From Catajapyx aquilonaris (lineage: Eukaryota), in assembly GCA_000934665.2 (NCBI GenBank), contig JYFJ02002570.1, positions 1 to 54,600 on the forward strand: 54,600 nucleotides of DNA, written 5' to 3'. Under the pieces are notes generated by a model. The model searched no databases, was not told where the DNA came from, and worked only from the letters and a program-made list of their open reading frames with translations. How positions within the stretch are numbered: the first letter of the stretch is position 1; every line of letters starts with the position of its first letter. Position numbers and translations under genes: made by a program. Positions 1 through 13,300 of this stretch are shown here, piece by piece.

Positions 1-2969
1 AAGAGGGGCGGAGGTACCCCCTCCCCGGTACCCCCCAGCTCGACCTCCCACAACGACAAAAAGGACCCCGCCCCCTCCACCCCTCCATTTGTCATTAGTG
101 TCCAATTGATTCGCTCGCGTGCGTTTCAAAAATGCCGACAAACCTCCGTACACTTTGACCTTCTCCAGGTCTCCCAGCAATGTCCACATAAAATTCGGGA
201 CACTGCCGGCTTATTCCCTCCCCTCAGTTTAATCCCTTTGTAGACATTGCGGACCGCATCAAAGTAAATGGATATCGTTTGATGGGCTGGGGCAACAAAG
301 GTTCTCTTGGGACAGCTCAAAAATGGCGCCCTCCCTGCCTCACGTGATTGCCCGGGTTGACTCACTTCTCTCGATAATTCGTACACATAAATCCTGGTGG
401 CCAGTCCTTTTTTCTGGGAATGGTCCGTCTTAGGAAGGCCAGGCAAGGCTACCGCTTATTGATTCGCCCACTTTTGGCCCGCACACGCCGGATAAAAGAA
501 GGGAAAAAAAGTAACACTGTGAAGGGGGGCGAAATGGCCGATCTGGCCCGATCCGCACGCCATCTTTGGTATAAAAGTCAGTCATTTAATCGGAATTTTC
601 AGTAGTATTTTGGCCAGAGCGCGTCTAGTGTGTACAAATTATTGGCAAGGATTTGTTGCAGGAAGCGATTTTTTTTGCATACAAACTGCCCTCCACCCGT
701 CCCCTCTCCTCATTTCCGCAGCATTTTCTCCATTACGGCGCTTTTCCTCTGAGAATAAAGGGAAGCCGGAAATGTTTGACACCCTACCTATACATAAGCA
801 TTGCTAAGAGGAAGGTTAAGTCGTGGACTTGTTGCGCAAAAAAAATACAGGCAAAGTTGCGAATCTTGACGGTCTTCTTTACGAGGCCCGCTCACGGGAG
901 TCAGGCTGCATTAAGCATTAAGCACGCAATTTTTTTAAAAACGTACATATATAATTAGAGCATATGTGATCGGTGTTATTGCAGGGATGAGCAGAGTCCA
1001 TAAATGCCGTGACGTATAATCCATGGCCTCTGGGGAAGTGGCAATGAACCTTTGCTCGACCATTTTTACATCCTGCGCACGACTTTGGCGGCATAAGATA
1101 GTCAGCAGGCAGACACACCCTCCCTTCCCCCTGCCCCGACTCTTTTGGTTTGGAAAAAAAGGGGGTGGATCCTTTCTGGCTGGGCATGGTAATGACATAC
1201 ATCCCTATCCCTCCCACCCCACCCCACTCTTATCATCCACTGGGATCAAGGACGACACTGTTTTTTTCTACGAAGGGAAAAAGGACGCGTGACGTCACCA
1301 TATTCGCACGGACGTTATTTTTAGCCCAATATTGCAAAAATCGACACCCAGCCGACCTCATTTGCATCCAATAAGCACTAGGTTTTGTTAAAAATATGTA
1401 CAGTATATGATGCGTGTACCGTGGTCAATTTTGTGCTAATTTTAGGGTTGGAATTAAATGTGCAAATGTGCTTAGCGAATGGGATTGATTCGAGTGGACG
1501 GTGGTCACCGCAGGAGGCCGGTTGGGCTCCACGGTCACGTCCCCTGGATCGGTTTCACGATCGAATCCAACTAGAAACGGCTCCAAAACATTCACCGCAA
1601 GCAAACAGCACGCGACTCTGGACCCTTTTTTTTTGGCAATTTGAACTGAGGGGGAATTGTGCAGTATAGCCGCAAATAAATGGCCAGCTGGATTTGGCAA
1701 CGGTACATGCGACAGGTGTGTGAGTGATTGTGTCCCAGAGGTGGACACGACGCTATTAAGACCGAAAATGACCAACGCACTTCCTGCATGCCAGTTTGCG
1801 CCAAATTGGAACGATAGGTATCAGTTGCGAATCCGCGGCACGTGGGAGGGCTGGAAGCAACATGAGACGTCGCGTCGGGGCGTGTAGCAACCTTATCTGG
1901 TGGATGTTGACCCAAAGGGGCATGGACCGGCGCTTTTTTTGTGTGTCAAAGTGCAGGCCCACCTGAAACACAGCGACCGTTATGGTGCGGGATACGGCTC
2001 TCTCTTTATCAGTTGCCACCTGCTACCTGCGCCGCATTCACCCGACACATGTAGATTGCGCCTCGTGACAACCGAGAAAATGAACGAGCTACCGAACGGA
2101 AAACCCTTCTGGTTTGAAAGATGGGCTCAGCTCCCAGGAGTCTTTGCCCGCCTGCAAAATGTGGGTGTCATTCTTCCGGAAGCACGACCTGCGTTGCCCA
2201 GCCGGCAGGGGAATTATTATTGGAGGAGCAGCATTTCCAAGATGGACCGGTGCAAGCTAGATTGCAAAAACACCCGTGTTTTTTTTTACGGTTCTTGAAA
2301 TATGAACTTTGGTCATCTCGGCCTGATGTGCACGACCCCTCTAATCTAATGGTGTAAAAATGGTGGTGGTGGTGGGGGGGGGGGGTTGTCCGAAGGGGTA
2401 GGAGGGATTGTGGTGTATCTGCCTCCTTTTCCCGCAGTCTTTGTGCATTATCAACAATAAAGCCCGGGTGGAACAATGGGGCCGTATTATCCTGCGTTGT
2501 CACAGGGCGCCTGAAAAATCGCCTGCCGCTCTATTGTGCTGTCGTGGGGGTGCTTTTTTGGACGACACCTAAAGGAAAGGTTTGGGGATGCCATATTTCC
2601 TTCTCATTGTTGCCAAGCCGGCCAAGACAAGCCGGTTGCCCATGTGTCGTTATGTAATGGTGGCCAAATGTGGCAAGGTTGCAGGATGCGGTGGGCGTCG
2701 TCCAGAAGGGCAAAAATAAGTAAATAAATATGTGGGTGGAGCGTGGAGAGAGCGAGACTCGTATGTATGACCGCGTGCTATATCTACATCCTAGAGGATA
2801 TGTCAATTGCTGGAGCGACTATCAGAGGATGTCACGTATAGTTGACCGGAAAAGTCGTGCATTCATTTCGTTTCCAAATATATTTTTGCCCCTCCCGAAA
2901 AAAAATGCCGGGCGTTTCTTCCTGGCGAAGGTCATTCCGGGGACATGTGGGGTCAAACTGTGATGCTTG

Positions 2970-3350
2970 TTGATTGGCTGCACGCGCACCAATCGCCTGT
3001 AGGTTTGCTCTGATTGGAGGCCCCGGTCACGTGTCCGAATTGGAATAGGCCACTACCCGGGTAGGTCAAGCTGACTAATGATGCTGGAGCTTCCCACAAT
3101 GATGATGCCCTCCTTTTTCCATCTTGTCAGCCCCGCTGGCCACTTGACCCGTGACCTCAAACCCCATCTGTTTCCCGGCCGCCAACGCCGTCTTCCTTCT
3201 CCGCCCAGAAGTCACGAGGTCAACGCTGACCTCTCACATCCCCAAGTACGGAGTAATTTTCGTGTTTTTACCCACACATGGCGGGAAATATCGACTCCTG
3301 TAAACCCCCAAAAAACAGGTCCAAGCCTCAGGTGAGGTCACTGACCAGTA
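2970..3350. promoter_or_regulatory. Promoter/enhancer-like motif cluster (CCAAT boxes, E-box, nuclear-receptor repeats)
   Basis: ATTGG/CCAAT several times in 2972-3042, CACGTG near 3028, and AGGTCA-type DR1 (3145-3157), DR2 (3209-3222) and IR1 (3335-3347). Confidence 0.4.
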
Positions 3351-3999
3351 GCGCTTGGTACAGGTTTGGGAAGGAGGGGGTGGGGGGGGGGATTAGATTT
3401 TTTTCAGCCCTCCCCCCTCCCCCCAATAAAAAAATAAAAAAATCGGCACATGCCTCTGATGGGAAGTGAATTATTCATGCAGTGTTGCTAATGGGTTATT
3501 ACTGGAGGGAACATGTGGTCACCCTGCACACCTTATGGATATCGCCTCATTACGAGCGTTTCAACCAATTAGCAGAACGTGGCGATGAGCATTAATTTGC
3601 ATGCGTTGCGGAATGCTTTTACTGTTATCTTTTTATCTACAAGCTGGCTGCGTCAGGTAGATTAACGATAGTATGCGCAATCAGAGGGTCCAGCCATGCC
3701 CCCTTTTGGGGGTCCCTGGCCGTGTCCAAATTCTACTTTATCAATTTGAGATTTAGGGGTGGGTCCGATGAGGGCGTTTTGCACGGTAGCCTAATTGAAT
3801 CATGTCCGCCATGATCATGGTTGCCATATGCTGGGCATTGAAGCGGATCATCGTGATGAATGGACTTTCCACCGGCCACACTAAACCCGGCATGCTGTAA
3901 ATAGAACCAAGTCGAAACGCTGGTGTTAGACATTTCGCTAATGTCAGGTCAGTTTGGGAAAATGCAATGAATTTGCCAGTCATTTCGCCAAATGGCATG

Positions 4000-4030
4000 C
4001 GTTGGGATCGAACCCGGGACCGTGGCTGAT
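4000..4030 (-). mobile_element. tRNA-derived SINE fragment (B-box)
   Basis: ttgggatcgaacccggg is also present in the SINE at about 34342-34358. The reverse complement contains GGTTCGATCCC. Confidence 0.4.
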
Positions 4031-7000
4031 TAGTTCTGTAAAATACTTGCTAATAATCGCTGCCTGGAGTCAAGCTGTTTTGATTTATGTAAAGTGTATG
4101 TACATGTAAAACGATCGTTCAAGCGTGGATGTGGGTCAGCGGCATGAATAAAAGGCTGTAGCGCATTGTTTCGACAATCAGATTTAGAAGTACTAGTATA
4201 TGCTGATGATAAGTTACCCTTGGAGGATGCTGGATAACCAGACATTCTCATTGGTAGTTAGGGAACATCAGAGTCCTTGATGTGGGGACGCTGAGCCAAG
4301 GAGGATGAGAGGCCTTCGCAAACAGAAAGCCCAGTTCTGGGAGGGGTTGGGGAGGGGCCACCGAGATTCCTCTTCCTCTGCATTCTCTTCTTTTTTGTAG
4401 TTTCGTCACCTACCTTGAAAATGCCACCTGTCCACTCTTATTAAGATTATTTTCCCATCTGATGCCACTAGCAGGCTGGATGTGTCCAAAAAGCATAGGC
4501 GGTGTAAATAAAGAAGAAGAAAAAAGTCGAAGAACAGGACTGTTGTGCGTGCGAAAGGATCGTAGCTCAAGAAGGGCGAGTTAGATTGATTCGTGATCAT
4601 TGCCACATGTCCTTTGCATGCGATTAATTTGGGCGGGGAAAAAATAAGTCGCCAGTGGTTATCCCTCAGAAATGAGATCTATAGTCCAGATAGAGCCAAA
4701 ATGCTTTTTTAAGTGTTCATATTTTGCCAATTCTAGCACCTGGTTTGAAATTTTGAATTAGATCGTAGTTCTGCACTGTCAACACCTGAGTTTAAAACTC
4801 GTTGTGACATAATAATGCCATATTATTTAAATACAACACACCTGTTCAGGAACCTACACTGACGTTATTTGGTTACTGTACATACCGTACATGTCTGATG
4901 TTATGCATTACACCAGTTCATCTACTCGTATTTCCTATATAAATAACGAAATATGTCGGATAAAACTTTTGCTTCTGATTTTGTTACTTGAAAACTCAGT
5001 ATTTGCCCCGTCATTTGTCAGGTGGAACGATGTATATCCTTAGGCTTCATATCCTACTTTTATTGCGTTTTAGACTGCATGGGAACGTGAAGACTGATTT
5101 GTTAAACGGTATAGCTCCGGATACTGGTTGACGACGACCCTGAATCACTTTTGTTAGCAGAGAATATGCCCCAAAATTGACTTTGGAGAGAAGAGACTTC
5201 CCCTTCGACCTCCCCAACTCAGTTCTCTCCAAAGTGATAAAAGTTAAAAGCTTCAATTAGCCGGTTTAATAGGGCGCTTTACGAGGGAGGAAAAGGCGCC
5301 GGGAGCCAGAATTTGGCGCCCAAAGTCGATAATCCACCAAATTGAGCACGGCAAATATTGGGGCCTGGGGAGGATTACCTAACCCGTTTCTTCAGGGACC
5401 TATTACCTGAAAAATCGGCCGTGAAATCATGCACTGCAGGAGTTAGATCTGAATCAAACGAGTGTACCATACCTATTCATGTAATAGCACGCAAGGGCAC
5501 TTGCAATTTTTAAAACTAGGTTGTTCCATTAATATAGCAATAATACTGTATATTGGTAATTGTCGGACTTTTACCGTACCGGTGAGTGAATCAATGTGAA
5601 AATGGTATATTCCGCAACCATCAGCAATAATAGATCGTGGTGCGCATTCCTTAATGACGATCAGTTGCCCCCGCGGAAATGGAAGTCGAACGCTGACCAT
5701 CTGCCGTGACCGGTGTTTTGTCGCTGCCCTGCCACTTCTAATGCCTCCCCTAATGAGCATGTAACACGTTACCTCCCAAGTGCCACGGTTACGAAATACT
5801 CCACCCCCTTTATTGCGTCACGGTTCACCTGCCGATTCATTGGTCCTTATCTATTTCCACTTGGATCCTCCGAACTCGTTATGAATATCAACCAATTTCT
5901 TGTCCTCTCCTATTGGTGCACATGTTGGAACCCCCCACAGCGGTGGTTCCCAAACCAAGCATGCCATATTTATTGTCCGGCCCAGAAGAATGGCGGTAAT
6001 AAGAGATGCGATGCTAATAAATCGGGCTGCGTTATCAGAACGCATCTGACGTTTGACTCTCCGACAAATAATCCGGGAATAATGTCTCCCTGAATTATCG
6101 GTCAGGTCCCCCTTCATTACTCGCGAATGTCAATTGGAGATTCCGGTATATATTTTTTACACCCTGTTGCATTTTTTTCCGGGGCTCCAGCATCATGGGT
6201 CCACATAAATTCCGGCCTCGGCAGGGTTGCCAGGTCTGGGGGTCCCCAATTGGGGGCGCTTCTACCCACCCATAAATTTAATTCAATTAGACCCTCCGAT
6301 TTATTAGCTTCGATCCTGTGTGATGATATAGTAGGACTGGTTGCGAATTAACTCGCCATAATATAATAGGTAATCATGCGGGGATCTGCCACCTTGCTCG
6401 TGAAATAACCGAACGGGGTTTCAAATTGCGAAAGGAGTCTGCCATCATTATACGAGGGGCTTTCGTATATTTTCCTGGTAATGAACTTCAGCTGGGAACA
6501 CTGATTTATGGGGGCTAATACAGGATAATGTTTGTAGGCCACTGCATAACCCTATAACGGTAAGCATTCTGCGTGGATATTTTAAAAGGAAAATGTGCAT
6601 TGAAAGCGATTGGAAGTGTCACTTTTGGGCTGGAACAGCATTAATTGATTATAACGCGCTATTGATTTCAGTTGTAAACAATATTTAAATGAGGACCATA
6701 AACCCGAAAATGTTATAAGAGGTCTGCCTTACATAAAATTCGGAGTGAGTTAGGTTGTATTGTCCCCTCGCGTGTGCTTCTGGGAAATAAGGTTTCATGC
6801 TGCGAGAGCCATTTCTTTTATTTTTTTAAGAGGCTCCCCCTGCCTCTCTTTTCTTTTCTGTTTCTTTTCTTTTTTCTTTTAGGTTGGTAGATGTTAGGTG
6901 GGTCTTGACAGAAAATTGTGTTGTGGTAACCGGATTCGAAAAGAAAAGAGGAAAAGTGGACGATCGATGAGGCCTTGGCGTTTCCAGCAGTTTTGAACCA

Positions 7001-7595
7001 ATGACAAGTGGACTGTGACAGCAATTAAAGAGTCGCGCCGCATCCTTTCAATCCAGCGACAATGGACTGTCACTCACAAAGCCGGACATTTTTCCTTCAG
7101 CAAGCATTGGACAGGGGGACGTGAAATAATGTAAATCAATCGCTGGGTTGGATGGTCAGGTTGGGGAATTATTCAATTTGTTTCGGTTTTTTGGGTGGAC
7201 CAGGAAGCACCAGTTGGTGCCTACTGGAGACGCCTTTTGGAGCAGATGAAAAGCGTATGTAAATTGCTCCACGGGTAGAAAGCTATGCTAGGAATTTCCC
7301 CACGATATAAGGTGAAAAATGATGGGAATATTTTATATATAATAAAATGGTTTACATATGCGGCTAAATGCGGCGTAGCCAAACAATGTAATCAGTGTAG
7401 TCGCAAATATGTCTTTTAGACCGCAGTTGGATTGGATTGTTAATTAAAGTGAGGTTTGAGAGCGAGAATAAGTGTGATTACTCTGGTTCGCCATCCGCAA
7501 CTGCAAATATTGTGTTTGCGGGTCTGGCCGGCGAGCGGCTTCTCTACTTCGCGCTTTTCCGCCTCTTTCTCATCGCACGAAGCCGTCATCAGAGC

Positions 7596-7613
7596 ATGAC
7601 ATCCGCGCACAAG
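7596..7613 (+). CDS. Candidate first coding exon (MTSAHK)
   Basis: ATG with A at -3 (AGAGCATGA), then AAG|GTGGGT donor in phase 0, matching the phase-0 acceptor at 9487. No homology support. Confidence 0.45.
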
Positions 7614-9486
7614 GTGGGTAATTGCTGCAAAATGTAAAGCGCTGCGCCTGCCCACCGAGAGAAAACCTACACAAAAGCGCAATTCTTTTTTTTTTCTCGT
7701 CAGGTTGACTTCCAGCTCGCTAACTTGATATGAATGCATGTTTCTCGGATATATTGGATCCGCCTTGTGATGTCACAGCCTTAGCGAAGCCATACTTGTT
7801 CCCTACATCAGTCGGCCCAGGAAAGGACTTTCCGAATTTTTCATCTCTTCCCATATATGTTTGCTCTGAAGAAATGTACAGATACTATATAGCTATATAT
7901 GGTTGTTTTTTCCAACGGGGCTATCGCGTATTTCGGGTTCATTTGCGTCTGGAAACTACTTGAAATCCCTGAAATCCCGTTGTCATCAGTGTTTGTCAGA
8001 GAAGGCTTGATTGGATCTTCTGGTAGTAAAAGCGTGATAAGCATCCTGTGATCTGGTACTATATTGCATACAGACTAGTGCATGAAGCAATGTGTCCAAC
8101 AATATAATCTGAATTCAACCCCATATCACCGACTTGGCGACTCTGAACAATGGCACGGTTACAACGTGCGAGTGATAAATCTCAAGTGTCGTGAGCGATA
8201 GGTCTATCCTCGGAACTATCAGGCTGGTGGTACCGTAATCGACTACCAAAGACCAGACAACACGTACAAAAAAAGATCGGTTCGGGAAAGATTTACATGC
8301 CGATCGCGTGTCCCCCTTGTACGGCGGCAACTCCTTGAATTGAACCCGCAACTGCACACTTTTACAGCCCATTTTCACAGAACCCACACGCAGCGATCGG
8401 CTACCAACTGTTTTATGTGTCCACACTCTTCCAGTCTGGTTAATAACGTGTTGTGCTCGAATTTCCACCCATACATGTTGCGCTGTTACGAAATGCTCCA
8501 AGGAAAATCAACTTATCTATTCGGATCTCGCATTTTGACAGCATTCATTTCGCTCTTCTCTCGGCTGCGCTTTGTGACTGAAAACGGTTAGATTCATGCG
8601 CTGTTAGTATGAAATGAAGATAATATAATAACATTCTCTCTTAGATTTCCACGGTTCGCTTGGACCAAGCCCGATAATGCAATCGAGACAGAATGGATTC
8701 AAACAGAAACAGTTAGTGTTAAACCTTGAAAGTCCAAAAAGGAACAAAATCTCCCAGCTTTAGCAAAGTTGTATGTCTTTGCCGCAAGAACATATATCAA
8801 TTGATGCTGAAGAAATTAATATCAGTCGAGTTTGTAAACTTTTTACTAGTGAATTGAAGGAGAATGATATAAACTATTTTATCCCCGATGATAATGCGTC
8901 TTCGCATGGAAACCCTTAAGATACCACATGTACACACCGTATTTCACTCGATTGCGACACATCTCAACCATTACAATGGCTATACAACTGATAGGGGTGA
9001 TCACCTCTCGGTTATGTCAGGTATCATTTAGTCATTTTCGAGTGAATTTATAATTTGTGCCGTCTTGGTGAAATAAGTTACTAAAACGCTATGCATAGGT
9101 CTATTACCTAAAATAAGTTTGTTAAAAAGCAAGTGTCATGTCTCATATGTAGACAGTCTCACGTTAAAGGAGACCGGTATGGAACTTTTACCCCACTTTT
9201 GGGTCAAGTTGCAGCGTTAACCCCTATGATAATAGTAATGCCTTCTATTAAATGCCGTACTATTGACATTGCTATCTCTTAGGTACACTGCCTAGATAAG
9301 GTCTGTGTGGTTTTTGCGTATATACCGTGCATGCATCGAAGGCCACTGCTGTCGTACCGGATCGTTTTCGTAGCAAAGCTGAGAAACAAGGTCCCCTCAG
9401 CACAAAAGGAGTTTCCAGTCCTTTTTTTCGGTCGTTGTCATCCGTCACATTCAATTGTCGGTGATTACATGCCTTCTTTATTGTAG

Positions 9487-9606
9487 AATGCATCCTGCGT
9501 GACGACTCATCACCAGAGGAACCGTCGCCTGGTAACGCCGCCGGAGGAGCCGCCTGCGCCCCGCCAATTGGCAGCGTCCATGCATCCTTCCATGAGCTCC
9601 AAAGAG
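9487..9606 (+). CDS. KLF exon (NASCVTTHHQRNRRLVTPPEEPPAPRQLAASMHPSMSSKE)
   Basis: Acceptor ccttctttattgtag, donor GAG|GTCAGT. 120 nt, phase 0/0, GC-rich island in AT-rich flanks, joins in frame to the PVDLS exon. Confidence 0.7.
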
Positions 9607-10770
9607 GTCAGTGGCCAATCGAGGCACGGTTTACATTCCGGATAGGGAATCCATTGTGACCGAACCACCACATATAATATCAAGTGATTTTTGGTACTAA
9701 GCTGCATATGCATGCGAGCAGAAATATTGGTTACTAATATTATGGTTGAATGCTACATGGAGTCACTTCCTGGACCTGATGTTCCAAGGACGGGTTTCTT
9801 CCCGTACAACGAGAGTCGCCCCCATGTGCATTCACGTATTTTAAGTGACTTTGTGCCAGTACCGGCCGGTTTCCTGCTATGAGCCAAGGTCACTTGGGAT
9901 CCGTTTGAAATTGATACCCTGACGGGTCGTTCCCGAGATATTTGTGCAGTGACGAAAAGGGCAAAAAGAAATATGTCAACCTGTAACCACATAGTTATCC
10001 ACTGCTCCACTCATATGTGCCTTCACCTGCCACTAACATGAAACCCTATCGTCTATGAAGCGGGATTCAAGAGGGCAATCTCATCCCCGCTCTCCCTACC
10101 TGAACCGCAGCACACTTTCGATCCTCATGGCCTGGTTTGTGTATCTTCCTCAAGTCCTTCATCCCGATTGGTCGAAAGGTCATTCAACCTAATATTAGCG
10201 AGCGATAATTTTCAATTACTCCTAAAAATCACTTATCGGCAGTAACTGCATAATGATTAGCATTCTGTGTCAAAATTTTGAAACTTGCATTTGTAAAGTT
10301 GCTGGATTTTTTATTGCGATTTTTGTGAACACACTGTGCTTTAGATACACTTGCACTTTGTAGCGTTATTTTTTGTCCTTTATCCCCCCCGGAGTATCAC
10401 AAAGTGGGGGACAGCAACAAGGGTGTGGAGAATGTGGGCCTCAAAGTCTGCCAGATAAGATTGGGCAGCATCGAGATTAGTCAGGGTGGGGTACTTGGGT
10501 CTTTTGATTAGAAGGCTGTGTTGCCGATATTCGGCAGATTAAGACAATACCATTTTTGTCGGATGTCATGCATTAGTTGAACTGCACTGTTCTTCGTGCA
10601 TTTGATGCTCATCGGCACTATCATCACCGTGATCGCGCCTCTCTTTGGCAGTTCGTCGTAGTATATCAGCTAAGCTATTAATATCAACGGTTGGCTGTGT
10701 GATTCGAGAACTTTTATGTACTTTTAGCTGGATTTAGTAAATACACAGCAATACGTATTGCAACCCTCAC

Positions 10771-10813
<43 letters not shown>

Positions 10814-10846
10814 CATCATCATCATCATAATCATAATCATAATAAT
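10771..10846. repeat. Compound (AAT)n/(ATC)n microsatellite
   Basis: Direct reading. Confidence 0.95.
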
Positions 10847-11988
10847 CTCCTGCGTTAAATTTCGACCTGAGGTAAATTTTGCAGGGATGTTCAGAAAATG
10901 TAGTGCGATACCAGCGCCTACGATAATAACGGAACACTCCCACCTGTTACGAAATGGGTTCCCGTTTTAAAGCTATGCGTTTGTCGTTTTTGCTTCCGGT
11001 GTTGCCAAATATTTCCCACCCTTACGTTTCCCCCGATTCTTGACACGTCCGCAGTACTCATAAAATTACGGGAAGGAAATATGGGTGCAATAATTTACCA
11101 TACTTTACACATCGATTAGGTGGTATCCATTTAACATTCTGTTCGCGCCTTACGTGAGAAATTAGTAAGAGGTTTGATGATGTCATAATAATTTTATTCT
11201 CGAATGTTACACGCTGTGAAAGTTTCATATGTAAAAGATGGAGACGATTGGCATTTGATTCAAGTGCAAGTTGCACTTGAGTCAAATGCAAAATCGTCTC
11301 TATCTTTTCGGGCGATATAGTACTTGTACGAATTCGTTTGAAAATAACGAAAGGTGTTTTGGTTACCATGCTGGTCCAATACTGGAGTTATTTGGTTTAT
11401 TAACAATTGTATTTGCTGACTCGCTTTCTAGCGTTGCAATTTAGTGTTTGGCAATAGTTTTCGCTTCACGTCCCTTTTTAATGAAAGGTGATCTGTAGTA
11501 TAATTCATTACCGGTACCTTTACTAGTTTCTTCTAAAACGATGCGAAACCTTGATGGAAATTTTCAGGTTCATATTTTTTATTCCCAGTCAAGGCCAGCC
11601 CTAACATAATCCTGAAATTGGCGAAATACGTGCGCCGAATTAATTTTGAATATGCCGAGCATGTCGCTCGGCAATTTTTTTTTACGACATCCCAAGGTGA
11701 CACGACAGTAAAGCTCTTGGATGAAAAGTGATTCGCCCTGATTCCGAACTTTCGCTGTTTTTGAGGGAGACCACACAGGACCCATCCTCGGTCCGGTCCT
11801 ACAAGTTTTTTTATTACTTTGCAAAAAATGACGTCACCTTCGATGCGCAATGCGTGCCGGCCACACCTTTGGGTGTGGGAACCTCCAAACCACCTTTCTT
11901 TTCTCTACTTTTTTTTTCTCCTCCTTTTCCCAAACCTGGCCTCCAAAATAGGATTATGTATGGACATATTCGTCTTGACAGGACGTGC

Positions 11989-12016
11989 TTATTATTATTA
12001 TTATTATTATTATTAT
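11989..12016. repeat. (TTA)n microsatellite
   Basis: Direct reading. Confidence 0.9.
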
Positions 12017-13074
12017 GGTATGTGAACTGTGTAAAATGGTTACAATTGACCCGAGATCGGATCCCGAGTAATGCATGTCACACATTGACAGCCTGATGTG
12101 TTCAGTTGCGATAATCCCCGGTACGTTTGTCGATATTGCGTGACTCAAGGGCAGGGTTTTTTCTTCGCATTTGGTCAATATGAGCATCATAGCTGGCCAT
12201 ATCGTCCTATACGACATCATTGTGATGTGAAGGAGACGCTTGTGGATGAGTAATACGACCTGCCAGGTTAAAAGGATGACCTTGAATTACTCAAACCCAG
12301 GTGAAGTACAGTAGGTATTTTTAGTACGAGGTGTTGCAATATCCGAGAAAATTATTGCTTATATCTGCAACGCGATTTAAACCTGCGTCGTTTGTACCGA
12401 AAAAAGCAGTGTTATTAGTCATTATGTTGAGGTGTAATTACATGTGTGGCTTTTGTTGGACAGGACATGGCGTAACCTGCATCTTCTGAGGCACAAAAGT
12501 GACGTGAACTATCGCACCGTGTTTTCTCCAGGTTTAGCAAACGCGCCAACCAGTTTTTCGGGTTCCTTGTGCAGTTATAACATGCAAACACGTACGTAAT
12601 ATTGCGCGAACAACAACGATAAGCGAGGCCTGCGGGCCAGTTCAAACTGTTGAATCTTCGGTAAGAATGGAAAGGTCGTTTCTATAATTATAGGTCTTAA
12701 ATATTCAACACTTATGTATGTCAAAAAGCGCGGCTGACTACAGGATGTGCTCGGGGTTTAGCCGGAATACCTATACCGAACTGTGGTACACGAGTACACA
12801 GTCTTGTCCGACAATGGGACAATAGACAAGTGTGTAAATGTGTCATCGTTGATTAAAAATAGGCAAAGATGCGCTATTTTATTACTGCTGTAGTCCAGTG
12901 TGGGCGTTTTCATTTGCATAAGTTTGCCCTCGAAATTTTATCATACTACTGCTGTAATCTGCATGTAAACAAGAGGCCATGTTTGTTGATAGATTTATCT
13001 GTACATTATGTTTATAGCCACATTTTAGTTGGTCAAATATCTAATATTTGTGTCGTTAATTCCGAAAATTGCAG

Positions 13075-13300
13075 GCCGAGTGCCCGCCGATCCAAATGGA
13101 ACCGGTGGACTTAAGCGTCAAGGCCACTGTGACGACACCAAGCAAGGCCAACTCTTCGTCATCGTCATCATCCTCCTCGTCCTCCTCATCGTCGTCAACG
13201 TCGTCTCGGTGTAAGTCACCGTCGGCAGTGGTGCTCCAAGTACCTCACTTCAATCCTCAGCTCAATTCCAACGGGATGGACCTACGTCTGTTCAAAAGTG
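13075..13300 (+). CDS. KLF3/8/12: KLF exon with CtBP-binding PVDLS motif and poly-Ser tract
   Basis: ttgcag| acceptor. Encodes AECPPIQMEPVDLSVK...SSSS...; Q-x-EPVDLS is the KLF3/8/12 hallmark. Donor G|GTCAGT at 13301 (alternative GTAAGT at 13211). Confidence 0.88.

Noticed and set aside
2080..2160. ATG-started frame MNELPNGKPFWFERWAQLPGVFARLQN ending at a phase-0 GTGGGT
   Set aside because: Phase-compatible with exon 9487, but the donor context (AAT|GT) is weak and there is no other support.
8885..8925. Hammerhead-ribozyme-like CCGATGA-stem-GAAA
   Set aside because: The core reads CCGAUGA rather than CUGANGA, and no stem I, stem III or cleavage triplet can be drawn.
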